Source of the DNA: an uncultured Bacteroidales bacterium | GTDB lineage: Bacteria; Bacteroidota; Bacteroidia; Bacteroidales; WCHB1-69 | NCBI GenBank assembly: GCA_900316305.1 | Contig: ONCM01000011.1 | Location: 1,863 to 65,862, forward strand | DNA length: 64,000 bases | Direction of reading: 5' to 3' | Shown here: positions 37,544-46,789 of the stretch, piece after piece | Layout: each line of letters starts with the position of its first letter | Numbering within the stretch: position 1 is the stretch's first letter | Position numbers and translations under genes: made by a program | The notes under the pieces: generated by a model | Databases searched by the model: none | What the model saw: only the letters and a program-made list of their open reading frames with translations | What the model was told of the DNA's origin: nothing

Positions 37544-39082
37544 ATGAAAAAACTACTGTTATCCGCCATTTTCATGGCATTCGCCGTCTGCATGATGGCA
37601 CAAAGCGTGGCGCTTTGCGAACCTTTCTCCAATTGTTGGATCAGACGTTCCACTATCATCGGAACATCCATCGGACAGGATGAAGAGACCCTCTACTACT
37701 ACCTGTCGCCCCGTCATTCTGACTCTTTCAAACCGAAAACCTGGACCGAGCATGTTTTCTTCATCGACAAGAACACGATGGCCAAAACGGATATTCCCGT
37801 CACCACACCCAACACCCACACAATGCTGGATGCCATCCTTTCCGAGGACGGAGTCATCGCATTGTACCAGAGCCTGTCCAAGAAGGGTGACCAAGCCATC
37901 TTCACCATCGCCAATATTGACAGAAACGCCAAGCAGGTGACTTTGGACAATGCCACTACGGTTACCGTTCCGACCAACGCCAAATACTGGCCGGAGTTCA
38001 AGACCGCCAAATCTCCGGACGGCAAGCTGCTGGCGGTATTAGTGATGGTCACCGGAAAAGACAGCCAGTTAGAGAGCCTTTCCGCATTGGTAATCAACAA
38101 CCAAGGCGAGGTCGTGTGGAACGGGGCCGTCACCCCAGAATTCGGAGGAAAGAGCTTCTCGTTGGGCAACCTCACGATGGACAACAACGGTACCCTCTAC
38201 CTGCCGGCCTACACCTGCCAGGTGAGCGGCAAGAACATATCCAATGTAAACCTTATGATGACCAAGACCACCGAAGACGGCACCGAAACCTACACGGAGG
38301 AAGTGAGCTTCGGCACCCCGCAGAATTTCACCGCCAAGGTGCTCAAGGACGGCAACATCGCCGTTGCGGGCTACTACACAGAATCCATGACCAACACCGC
38401 CATTCAGACGAGCGGCTACTACTTTTACAAGTTCGACACTAAGTCGGAGAACATCACTGACCTGAAAAACTTCCCCTTCGCCAGCGACTACGTGGAGAAG
38501 ACGGCGTGGGCCCGTTTCTCCTCCGTACTCGGCAACCAGCAGTACTCCATCAGCGCGGGCGACATCTTCGAGTTGGCAAACGGCAATCTGGTGCTTTGCG
38601 GCGAACACCGCTTCATCAAGGAGATTTATGACGGCAACATGCACAGCTACACCTACCAGATGCTCACCAAAAACATACTGGTCTCCACCCTCAAGACCGA
38701 CGGCACGTCCAACTTCACCATGGTGGAGAAGCAACAGATGTCGTCCAAGGGCACCTTCCCTGACGACGACTGGCGGCCCGTCTGCGTCTCCTACACCGCC
38801 TTCGCCCATGGGGACGATATGTACTTCCTCTTCAACGACGACACCAAGAACATCCCCTACCCCGGAAAGGATGCGGTCTGCACTTTCGCCGGTTTCGGTA
38901 TCACCAACAACTGGAAAAGCGTGCTGATGCGCCTCACCCCCGACCAGAAACTCACTCAGCGCGTATTCCCTGAGACCAAGCAGCTGCTCCGCTATGTGGA
39001 TTTCACCGACGGCGACAACTTCTACGCCTCCGGCATCAGAGGCGGCGAGGTCTATATGACGAAATACGCAATCGAGGAGTGA
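37544..39082 (+). CDS. Secreted protein, unknown function
   Basis: Signal peptide MKKLLLSAIFMAFAVCMMAQS; 512 aa, beta-rich. Confidence 0.55.
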   Translation: MKKLLLSAIFMAFAVCMMAQSVALCEPFSNCWIRRSTIIGTSIGQDEETLYYYLSPRHSDSFKPKTWTEHVFFIDKNTMAKTDIPVTTPNTHTMLDAILSEDGVIALYQSLSKKGDQAIFTIANIDRNAKQVTLDNATTVTVPTNAKYWPEFKTAKSPDGKLLAVLVMVTGKDSQLESLSALVINNQGEVVWNGAVTPEFGGKSFSLGNLTMDNNGTLYLPAYTCQVSGKNISNVNLMMTKTTEDGTETYTEEVSFGTPQNFTAKVLKDGNIAVAGYYTESMTNTAIQTSGYYFYKFDTKSENITDLKNFPFASDYVEKTAWARFSSVLGNQQYSISAGDIFELANGNLVLCGEHRFIKEIYDGNMHSYTYQMLTKNILVSTLKTDGTSNFTMVEKQQMSSKGTFPDDDWRPVCVSYTAFAHGDDMYFLFNDDTKNIPYPGKDAVCTFAGFGITNNWKSVLMRLTPDQKLTQRVFPETKQLLRYVDFTDGDNFYASGIRGGEVYMTKYAIEE

Positions 39083-39110
39083 GCAGTTAGCAGTTAGTAG
39101 TTAGCAGTTA
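39083..39110. repeat. Heptamer array GCAGTTA x4
   Basis: Immediately after the stop at 39080-39082. The same unit recurs in the Rhs cassette leaders. Confidence 0.85.
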
Positions 39111-39156
39111 ACGTGGTAGTACATACGTTAAACAAATAATACATTAAAAACATTTT

Positions 39157-39218
39157 CCAAAAAGGGCTGAAAGCCCGACCACGTGTCAGCCTAGGGTGGA
39201 GCGAAGCAGAGCCCTAGG
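39157..39218. repeat. REP-like double-hairpin element, copy 1
   Basis: ccaaaaagggctgaaagcccgaccacgtgtcagcctagggtggagcgaagcagagccctagg, with hairpins gggctgaaagccc and cctaggg...ccctagg. Confidence 0.75.
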
Positions 39219-39251
39219 TATTATGAAATGTACAAAAAATATACAAAAATC

Positions 39252-39299
39252 AAACGGGATTGTCCAATAATTTGACGGACAGTCCCGTTTTTGTTTTGC
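39252..39299 (+). terminator. Hairpin plus T-run about 170 nt downstream of the 37544-39082 gene
   Basis: AACGGGATTGTCC...GGACAGTCCCGTT followed by TTTTGTTTTG. Confidence 0.5.
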
Positions 39300-39437
39300 A
39301 TAAAACATTATCATTCAAAACAATACAACATTTGGCACGATTGTGGTAATTTTTCGTCAAAATAATTGTCTAATACATTGTAGTAAAAACAAACCGCCAT
39401 GCGTCAAAGAAAAAGTTCGACTATTTTGAATAATATG

Positions 39438-39445
39438 TATTTTTG
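39438..39445 (+). promoter_or_regulatory. -7 box TATTTTTG for the TonB-dependent-receptor-like gene
   Basis: 32 nt upstream of the ATG at 39477. Confidence 0.5.
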
Positions 39446-39476
39446 CACCCTTAAAAATAATCAAAAACAAACGATC

Positions 39477-41939
39477 ATGACATTCACACGAAAAACCGTA
39501 ACCAAGATTTTATCCACTCTCTTTTTAATACTATTCTGCTGTTTTTCAGCATTTTCACAAAATACCATTCAAGGTCTTCTCCAAGATGAGAACACGGGGA
39601 AGCCGGTACAGTACGCCAACGTGAGTCTGCTGCGGCAAGCGGACAGCGTGCTGGTGGGCTACACCGCCGCCGATGACAAAGGGGCGTTCACCCTGCAGGC
39701 GGTTCCCAACGGCAAATACCGTCTGGTGGTCTTCTTTGTGGGATACGAAAACTACCAGCAGGAACTTCTGGTTGACAAAAACATGGACTTGGGCACCATC
39801 AAGATCAAGCCGGGCACGGCCACCATCGGCGAAGTGGTGGTGAAGGGCGAGCGGCCGCTGTTTGCCGTGGATGGGGAAAAAACCTACTACAACACCGCCG
39901 AAGACCCTACCGTACAGACGGGTACGGCTTCTGATGTACTGCAGAACGCGCCGGGTGTCTCCGTGGATGTAGAGGGCAACGTCACCCTGCGCGGCACCTC
40001 CAGCGTGGAAATCTGGATCAACGACAAGCCCTCGCACATGAACGCCGAGAACCTCAAGATCTACCTCCAGCAGATGCCCGCCAACAGCATCGACCACGTG
40101 GAGGTCATCACCAACCCCTCGGCGCGTTACGGTTCCAAGGCCGACGGCATCATCAACATCGTGACCACCACGAAAGTGATGAAGAACCAATTCGTCAGCT
40201 TCGGTGCCAACGCCTCCATCAAACCGTATGCAAGTCCTTGGATCTCATACGTTTGGAGCAACGAAAAGCTCTCCATCAACCTCTACAGCAACTTCTCTTA
40301 TTCCATGGATCGCTACAACAACATGTCCGACATCTCCATCTATCAGCCCGGACCGGAAGGCCGCGAAATCGTGAGTTTCGAGAAAGACTCCTCCTATTCC
40401 AGGGGCCATAACTTCGGAGGCGGACTCCATTTCAATATGGATTACGAAATCGACAGCATGAACAGCATCTCGTTGTGGAGCGGTTTTTGGCCGAACTTGC
40501 GCAACTTCAACGGCTATTCCGAGACCTATCGCGAAATGTTCATAGACAGTTCTCTTACCCATTATCGAACGTTATCTCCGAGCAGAAGTAACAGCCATTG
40601 GGCTGGTTTTGGGTTCTATTATCTGCATAATTTCGACCAAAACGGGCACAACATCTCCTTGGATGTGAATGGAAGCAGCTGGGGATGGGGAAATGTTGGC
40701 AAAACCGAAAAAGTTTACCTCTCACCGACCGAATATACGCGATTCATGGACGAGAAAAACCGCAGCGGCTCTTTTGATGTGAGCGCGGAATTGACTTACA
40801 ACCGTCCCTATTCCGAAAACGGCGAGATTTCGCTCGGCTATTACGGCGGATACACCCATTCCAACGAATACGATTACTTGGACACGCTGAACAACGGGAT
40901 TTGGGTGAGAGATGAAATGCGAAGCTATAGAAGTCTGGCACCGGAGATTGAGAACCAGGTGTTCTTCACGTTGCAGCACAAATTCGGCAACTTCACCATC
41001 AAGCCGGGCGTGCGCCTGGAGCACACCTACACCAGCATCCTCTACCCCGAAATCGTGCCCGACACCTTCGCCGTACGGCGGAACTTCTTCCACGTGCGCC
41101 CGTCATTGCACCTGTCGTACCGCACCGAATCGATGCACAACTTCCGCCTGAGCTACACCTTCCGCAGCAGCAACCCTGATGCCGAAAATCTCACCCGCTT
41201 TGTCAAATACGAAGAGGAGAGCTTCTACGGCGGCAACCCCGACCTGAACTCCATCCTGACACATTCCGTGGAAGCGGGTTGGCAGAAATACTGGGAGAAG
41301 TTCGGTTCTGTGGGAGTGACGCTCTACTACCGCGCCAAAACCCGGGACATCGACGAAATCACGGTGCCCGCCTACCACGAGATTTACGGCCGTCAGGTTT
41401 CCTTCACCTATCCCGTGAACGTGGGCAAGGCGATGAACACCGGCTTGGAGGTCAACACCATGTACCGTCCGAACGCCATGTTCAACATACGCCTCTACGC
41501 TAACGTCTATCATCGTTACATAGAAACGATGTACGACAACGAATTCTACAAGCAGCAGATGTGGTCTTACAGCTTCAACATGAGCGTATGGGCTAAGCTT
41601 TGGAAACGTCTGGAAATCAACGTGTCCGGCTATTACGGCTCACCTTCGATTTCCCTGTTCAGCAGCACCCACGCCCACTACAGCATCAATGCGGGTCTGC
41701 GCGCCGACTTCTTCGACAAGAAGCTTTCGGTCTATCTGAACGCCAACGACATCTTCAACTGGAACAGCTGGGGATTCGACAACGACAGTCCCTACTACGT
41801 GTCGCACGGCACGTTCAAGTACAATTCCCGTACAGTGGCGTTGGGCTTCACGCTCAGATTCGGAAAGATGGAGCTGGAGAACCAAGCCCGCCAAGGCGCC
41901 GCCAGCGAGAGCAGCGGCAGCGGTCAGGGCGGCCATTGA
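39477..41939 (+). CDS. TonB-dependent-receptor-like outer-membrane beta-barrel protein with CarboxypepD_reg-like N-domain
   Basis: Signal peptide ...AFSQ, carboxypeptidase-regulatory-like fold (GKYRLVVFFVGYE), plug region (DVLQNAPGVSVDVEGNVTLRGTSS). ATG at 39477, 32 nt after a TATTTTTG box. Confidence 0.7.
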   Translation: MTFTRKTVTKILSTLFLILFCCFSAFSQNTIQGLLQDENTGKPVQYANVSLLRQADSVLVGYTAADDKGAFTLQAVPNGKYRLVVFFVGYENYQQELLVDKNMDLGTIKIKPGTATIGEVVVKGERPLFAVDGEKTYYNTAEDPTVQTGTASDVLQNAPGVSVDVEGNVTLRGTSSVEIWINDKPSHMNAENLKIYLQQMPANSIDHVEVITNPSARYGSKADGIINIVTTTKVMKNQFVSFGANASIKPYASPWISYVWSNEKLSINLYSNFSYSMDRYNNMSDISIYQPGPEGREIVSFEKDSSYSRGHNFGGGLHFNMDYEIDSMNSISLWSGFWPNLRNFNGYSETYREMFIDSSLTHYRTLSPSRSNSHWAGFGFYYLHNFDQNGHNISLDVNGSSWGWGNVGKTEKVYLSPTEYTRFMDEKNRSGSFDVSAELTYNRPYSENGEISLGYYGGYTHSNEYDYLDTLNNGIWVRDEMRSYRSLAPEIENQVFFTLQHKFGNFTIKPGVRLEHTYTSILYPEIVPDTFAVRRNFFHVRPSLHLSYRTESMHNFRLSYTFRSSNPDAENLTRFVKYEEESFYGGNPDLNSILTHSVEAGWQKYWEKFGSVGVTLYYRAKTRDIDEITVPAYHEIYGRQVSFTYPVNVGKAMNTGLEVNTMYRPNAMFNIRLYANVYHRYIETMYDNEFYKQQMWSYSFNMSVWAKLWKRLEINVSGYYGSPSISLFSSTHAHYSINAGLRADFFDKKLSVYLNANDIFNWNSWGFDNDSPYYVSHGTFKYNSRTVALGFTLRFGKMELENQARQGAASESSGSGQGGH

Positions 41940-42064
41940 CCATTGACTATTGACTATTGACCATTGACTGCTGACTGTGTAACCATAAACCATAAACTGT
42001 AAACTATAAACTATAAACCTCAATAACCAATAACCAATAACCAATAACCTATAACCTATAACCA
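41933..42064. repeat. Composite array TTGACYA x6 - TAAACYR x6 - CAATAAC/CTATAAC x6 (long version)
   Basis: Starts on the receptor-like gene's stop codon and ends 4 nt before the nspC ATG. Uses the same junction strings (tgactgtgtaaccataaac; taaacctcaataacc) as 8926 and 22090. Confidence 0.95.
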
Positions 42065-42068
42065 AATA

Positions 42069-43223
42069 ATGAACCAATACGACCAATACCCCTCCCCCTG
42101 CTACATCCTCTCCGAAGAGGCACTGTTGGCGAATTTGCAACTGCTGGATCTCGTGCAGAAAGAGGCCGGTGTGAAGATCATCTGCGCTTTGAAGGGCTAC
42201 GCCTTCTGGCCGTCGTTCCCGCTCATCCGCGAGTGGCTTAGCGGCGCGACCGCCAGCTCCGTGAATGAGGCGCGACTCATCGCTGAGGAGATGGGATGCG
42301 AGGCGCACACCTACGCGCCCGTCTATACCGAACAGGACTTCGAACAGTTGCTCATGTTCAGCAGTCACCTGACGTTCAACTCGTTGACGCAGTACGAGCG
42401 GTTCCGTGCACAGGCGGCCGCCTTCCCCAAGAAGGTGAGCCTCGGACTGCGCATCAACCCCGAATATTCGGAGATCGAGACCGACCTCTACAACCCCGCT
42501 GTACCGGGTTCGCGCTTGGGTATCCTGCGCGACGACATGCCCGACACGCTGCCCGAAGGCATTGAGGGTCTGCACTTCCACGTGCTCTGCGAGAACGACA
42601 GCTACGCCCTCGAACGCTGCCTTAAAGCCACGGAGGAGAAGTTCGGCGACCTCATTCGCCAGTGCAAATGGTTCAACATGGGCGGCGGCCACCATATCAC
42701 CCGCGCCGACTACGACATCCCGCACCTCATCGGGCTGCTGCAGGACTTCCGCAACCGCTACCCGAATTTGGAGGAGGTCATCCTCGAACCAGGCGAGGCC
42801 GTGGGCTGGCAGACCGGCGTGCTGACCTCCACCGTGGAGGACATCGTGGAAAACAAAGGCATCAAGATCGCGATGCTCAACGTCTCTTTCGCCTGCCACA
42901 TGCCCGACTGTCTGGAAATGCCCTACAAACCGACGGTGCTTGGTGCCACCGAACCCAACGAAAACAGCAAGCACGTCTATCGTCTGGGCGGCTGCTCCTG
43001 TCTGGCCGGCGACTTCATCGGCATGGGCGACTTCGCATTCCCCGAACCGTTGGAGCTCGGTGACCGCATCGTTTTCGACGACATGATCCACTACACGATG
43101 GTGAAGACCACCTTTTTCAACGGGGTGGCGCATCCCGCCATCGGGGTCATCCACACGGACGGCAATTTCGAGATGTTGGCACAACCCGGGGACTATGCTT
43201 CGTACAAGGCGAAGTTGGGGTAA
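42069..43223 (+). CDS. nspC: Carboxynorspermidine/carboxyspermidine decarboxylase
   Basis: PSPCYILSEEAL...IICALKGYAFW...ASSVNEARL...FNSLTQ; 384 aa. Confidence 0.8.
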   Translation: MNQYDQYPSPCYILSEEALLANLQLLDLVQKEAGVKIICALKGYAFWPSFPLIREWLSGATASSVNEARLIAEEMGCEAHTYAPVYTEQDFEQLLMFSSHLTFNSLTQYERFRAQAAAFPKKVSLGLRINPEYSEIETDLYNPAVPGSRLGILRDDMPDTLPEGIEGLHFHVLCENDSYALERCLKATEEKFGDLIRQCKWFNMGGGHHITRADYDIPHLIGLLQDFRNRYPNLEEVILEPGEAVGWQTGVLTSTVEDIVENKGIKIAMLNVSFACHMPDCLEMPYKPTVLGATEPNENSKHVYRLGGCSCLAGDFIGMGDFAFPEPLELGDRIVFDDMIHYTMVKTTFFNGVAHPAIGVIHTDGNFEMLAQPGDYASYKAKLG

Positions 43224-43306
43224 TTCAGAATTATGAATTAAGAATGATGAATGATGAATAAAGAGGATAGAGGGAGGAAGAAGTAGAAGGTAAATTATAA
43301 CAAGAA

Positions 43307-43708
43307 ATGGCATTTACATTGAAAATACGGGAAAACGGTTCGCAGCAGGAGGTTTTCGACCCCGTGCGGCAGAAGTGGGTCGTGATGACCCCCGAGGAGC
43401 GCGTGCGGCAGGTCTTCATCCTCTACCTGCTAAACGTCAAGGGATTGCCACTCTCGCACCTCTCGGTGGAGCACGCCGTGACCGTCAACGGAATGACCCA
43501 ACGTTACGACCTCGTGGTCTTCGACGACGCGCTGCAACCGTATATGGTGGTCGAGTGCAAGGCCCCGCACATAAAGCTCACGCAAAAGGTCGTGGAGCAG
43601 GCCGGCCGCTACAACAGCATCCTGAAGGCACCGCTGCTGTGCGTCACGAACGGGGTGGAACAGAGGATGTTTGAGATCGACTTTGAGGATAAGAGGATAA
43701 GAGGATAA
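43307..43708 (+). CDS. Type I restriction enzyme HsdR N-terminal domain-like small protein
   Basis: 133 aa, PEERVRQ...YDLVVF...MVVECKAP pattern (PD-(D/E)xK-like). Confidence 0.65.
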   Translation: MAFTLKIRENGSQQEVFDPVRQKWVVMTPEERVRQVFILYLLNVKGLPLSHLSVEHAVTVNGMTQRYDLVVFDDALQPYMVVECKAPHIKLTQKVVEQAGRYNSILKAPLLCVTNGVEQRMFEIDFEDKRIRG

Positions 43709-43851
43709 GAGAATTGGAGGATGAAAAAGCGATGAAGGGGCGATGAAAAGCGATGAAGGGGCGATGAAAGGACGATGAAAAAGCGATGAAAAGCGATGAA
43801 GGGGCGATGAAAGGACGATGAAAAAGCGATGAAAAAGCGATGAAGGACGAC
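43685..43851. repeat. GAGGATAA x3, then a decamer array GCGATGAARR x about 13 with a 40-nt super-period
   Basis: Contains the HsdR_N-like gene's stop codon and fills the convergent gap to paralogue A. Confidence 0.9.
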
Positions 43852-43868
43852 ACGAGGGGAAATGCCCC

Positions 43869-44711
43869 CTATCGCAACATCCGGCGGGAATACTCTTGTC
43901 CCACTATTTCTGTAGGTTTGGATTTTCTGGGGTTGAGTGTCCAGCGGGGCATATTGTCGATGATGCGGTAAAAAGCTTCGCTCATCCGCCAATCTTCATC
44001 ATTATCCCGGTCATATCGCAACCATACACCCACGACTTCCCCTTCTTGGTTGATTTGCAACAAAAAGGAGTTTTCTTTGGATTTAAAACGACTATTCTTC
44101 TTATTTTCTTTGGCAATGATCCTTGCCTCGATGTCATTCTTTTTCAATCGCTCCTGCTTTGCCTTTTCTTTGAACCAAGCCCGCAATTCCGGGTTCTTTT
44201 TCAGCTCTTTATGTAAATAGGATCTCAGCGTGCCATACTCGGAAGGGAAACGCCAAAGGTTTCGGGTGATTTTAATCATCGCCGACGAAGTCCCTTGCCA
44301 TAAAAATTCTGGTGGAGTGAATTCGATACTCACTGTATCTATCTGAGCCTCAAGATCGCTGTCGGTTTTCGTCGTATCCACCACCACAGGTATAATCCCC
44401 ATCATTGGCGGGATTGTATCACATTGCCGGATTTGACTATCCGCAGGCGCGCTTACTGGCTGTGCGGTAGCTGGCCCCGTCATCGACACCGCCGCCACCG
44501 CAATTCCCGCCACCGCCACGGCCTTGCCGAGGCTCTTGCGTTTGGAAAGTTCGCGTTCGAGGTAGCGCACCTCCGACTCGCAATAGGGACACGTGCCCGC
44601 GCAGTCGCCCGTGTGCGTGCATTCGCGCTCCTGCAGCGGGATGCCGTTGGCGTCGGCGATCTTCCGCCGCACCTCCTTCAAGACCTTGCATGTGTTTTTG
44701 CCTCGGGACAT
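43869..44711 (-). CDS. Paralogue A: Cys-rich cytoplasmic N-domain / single TM / TonB_C-like exported domain protein
   Basis: MSRGKNTCKVLKEVRRKIADANGIPLQERECTHTGDCAGTCPYCESEVRYLERELSKRK, then TM helix AVAVAGIAVAAV. The C-terminal part is divergent. Confidence 0.6.
   Translation of the reverse strand: MSRGKNTCKVLKEVRRKIADANGIPLQERECTHTGDCAGTCPYCESEVRYLERELSKRKSLGKAVAVAGIAVAAVSMTGPATAQPVSAPADSQIRQCDTIPPMMGIIPVVVDTTKTDSDLEAQIDTVSIEFTPPEFLWQGTSSAMIKITRNLWRFPSEYGTLRSYLHKELKKNPELRAWFKEKAKQERLKKNDIEARIIAKENKKNSRFKSKENSFLLQINQEGEVVGVWLRYDRDNDEDWRMSEAFYRIIDNMPRWTLNPRKSKPTEIVGQEYSRRMLR
44499..44711 (-). repeat. Conserved 5' coding block of paralogue A
   Basis: About 210 nt, near-identical to the blocks at 46295-46507 and 47677-47889. 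The differences seen are mostly synonymous. Confidence 0.8.
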
Positions 44712-44749
44712 AGCTTTGTTTTTTAGGGGAATATGAGCGAAATCGACTA

Positions 44750-45553
44750 CTATACAGAGTCGGCCATCAAATCTTTACGGCCAATAAGACTAAAGACAGT
44801 GATATTATTTTCTTCGTTCAGTATCCGCAATGTCCGTAACATCTCGTTCAATGTGGAACCGCTGGTGGTCACGTCGTCGATGATAAGCACGTTTTGATTT
44901 CTAATGGAAGCACAAAGTTGTTCGTCCTCTTCGTTGGCGAATTTCAAAAAGTGCATGATATACGGGCGCAAGCGACTCTTTTTCACATCTTTAGCGATGG
45001 TAAAATAGTCTTTCTTATGGATAAGGTCAACCATATCATTGACGGCAGCCTTCACTTCCGCCTTCTGTTTTTCTGTGTAACGAGGGCGGCCGTTTTCCAG
45101 CGTATCGTCCAGATATTGTTTCTCGTATGCGTCCATATCAAATGAGATGTTCTGGGGCAGCGCCTTCACAAGTTGCATCTTGTGGAGCGTGGGCTGCGCA
45201 AACCGGTAAATATAACGCAGCATATACTGGTTCACTTTGCTCGAAGACTCGGGCATGACCACCATTTGGTAATCGTACAAGTTGATTTTCCGGTTCAAAT
45301 CGTCAATGGCCTTTTTGATAAATTGGGTCAGGTTCGGATCTTTTTGAATATCCTCAGGAAATTTCACATATTGAATGAATGCACTCCGGACACGGCTGTC
45401 CACCTGCCCGGAAAACTCATATCCATAATAGAAGCACTTGCCGAACGCCTCTACTTGGTATCCGTTGCCAGCCAACTGGACGATATCCGTTTCGTTGTCA
45501 TGTACAAAATCGAACACGAACCGCTGTGTCTTTTCATCGAAAGTAATGCCCAT
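44750..45553 (-). CDS. Phosphoribosyltransferase (PRTase)-domain protein, ComF-like C-terminus with a long unique N-terminal region
   Basis: PRPP-binding loop VLIIDDVTTSGSTL near the C-terminus; 267 aa. Visibly more AT-rich than the flanking 5' blocks. Confidence 0.65.
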   Translation of the reverse strand: MGITFDEKTQRFVFDFVHDNETDIVQLAGNGYQVEAFGKCFYYGYEFSGQVDSRVRSAFIQYVKFPEDIQKDPNLTQFIKKAIDDLNRKINLYDYQMVVMPESSSKVNQYMLRYIYRFAQPTLHKMQLVKALPQNISFDMDAYEKQYLDDTLENGRPRYTEKQKAEVKAAVNDMVDLIHKKDYFTIAKDVKKSRLRPYIMHFLKFANEEDEQLCASIRNQNVLIIDDVTTSGSTLNEMLRTLRILNEENNITVFSLIGRKDLMADSV

Positions 45554-45637
45554 AACTATTCGTCTAACATTTGAATATTCAGCTGCAAAGATACATTTTT
45601 TGTATTAACCGCAACAATATCGTCTTATCCGTATCCA

Positions 45638-46507
45638 CTATCGTAACTCCTTCACGGGAATCTGCTGCCGTACATAATACTTGTGATGTTCTACTTTATA
45701 GTAGGGTTCCCATGGGGGCATGTCCAAGAAAATTTGGAATAGCTTTTCAAACTCCAGTTGGTCTTTATCGCTATACGTGTCAAAGTTCATTTTCATCCAA
45801 AACACCTTACCAGAAGGGTCAAATTCTACCGTAAAGATATCCTCTTTGGATTCGTCACGCAACTGTTCATTCGTTTTCTTTCGCAACCATCTCCTAAGCT
45901 CCGAATCCTTCCTCAACTGTTTGCGCAAATAAGATTTCAACGTCCCCTGACTTGAAGGAAATTGCCAATAAAGGTTGCTGTTGATAAATGGTAAGGCCAA
46001 TCCCATTATAGGAGGTTCGTCTATACTATCTCGGCTTTCTATACCCGCATCTATGGAGCTGCTGTCGCTTTGCGGTACGATACCGGGCATCGGAAAGGTG
46101 TCGCATCTCTGCATTTTTTCAGTCTCCTTCCTCCCAGAGGTTTTCTCTTTTGAATGGCGTTTGCGTTCTATGACAATTTCGCCCATGGTATCATCATCCC
46201 ATGGTATTTCCTCTTCGGGTGTTTTTGAGTTTTTTAGGGTTGTCTTACTCACGGGTTCGGAAGTCGCGCAACCGACCATCGTCACTGCTGAGAGGGCAAT
46301 TCCCGCCACCGCCACTGCCTTGCCGAGGCTCTTGCGTTTGGAAAGTTCGCGTTCGAGATAGCGCACCTCCGACTCGCAATAGGGACACGTGCCCGCACAG
46401 TCGCCCGTATGCGTACACTCACGCTCTTGCAACGGGATACCGTTGGCGTCGGCGATCTTCCGCCGCACCTCCTTCAAGACCTTGCATGTGGTTTTGCCTC
46501 GGGACAT
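45638..46507 (-). CDS. Paralogue B of the Cys-rich/TM/TonB_C-like family
   Basis: The first 86 aa are identical to paralogue C and differ by one residue from A over about 70 aa. The C-terminal part is unique. Confidence 0.6.
   Translation of the reverse strand: MSRGKTTCKVLKEVRRKIADANGIPLQERECTHTGDCAGTCPYCESEVRYLERELSKRKSLGKAVAVAGIALSAVTMVGCATSEPVSKTTLKNSKTPEEEIPWDDDTMGEIVIERKRHSKEKTSGRKETEKMQRCDTFPMPGIVPQSDSSSIDAGIESRDSIDEPPIMGLALPFINSNLYWQFPSSQGTLKSYLRKQLRKDSELRRWLRKKTNEQLRDESKEDIFTVEFDPSGKVFWMKMNFDTYSDKDQLEFEKLFQIFLDMPPWEPYYKVEHHKYYVRQQIPVKELR
46250..46507 (-). repeat. Conserved 5' coding block of paralogue B
   Basis: About 258 nt encoding the same 86 aa as paralogue C. Confidence 0.8.
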
Positions 46508-46617
46508 CGATAGGAATTACTTGAGAAGGCAAAAATAAAAAAATATACCACACCGAGAAGAAAGAAAAAATGTTATCTTTACAGTCTTAAAAATTTTTGT
46601 AATAAAAATTAAAAAAC

Positions 46618-46785
46618 ATGGAATACAAAGCCATTATAACAAAGACTAAAAGCGGGCGTTATATAGCCCAGTGCGAGCAGCTTCCTGCGGCCCTCACCCA
46701 AGGCGACACGGAGGAGGAAGCACTGGAGAACCTTCAGGACGCCATTGACCTCATCTTGAAAACAGAAGAGGAAGAGATTGCATAA
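46618..46785 (+). CDS. HicB/UPF0150-family antitoxin-like protein (55 aa; too short for the ORF track)
   Basis: MEYKAIITKTKSGRYIAQCEQLPAALTQGDTEEEALENLQDAIDLILKTEEEEIA matches the HicB N-domain pattern. Confidence 0.6.
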   Translation: MEYKAIITKTKSGRYIAQCEQLPAALTQGDTEEEALENLQDAIDLILKTEEEEIA

Positions 46786-46789
46786 AACA

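Noticed and set aside
41640-43313. 557-aa ORF on the minus strand, opposite nspC
   Set aside because: It is antisense to a gene with clear family motifs. The translation is low-complexity (Val/Gly/Ala/His-rich) with no recognisable domain, which is a typical shadow ORF in GC-rich coding DNA. The same reasoning applies to 50949-52079, 49694-50668, 30404-31195, 17893-18900, 8913-9635, 6715-7518, 15010-15909 and 12894-13559.
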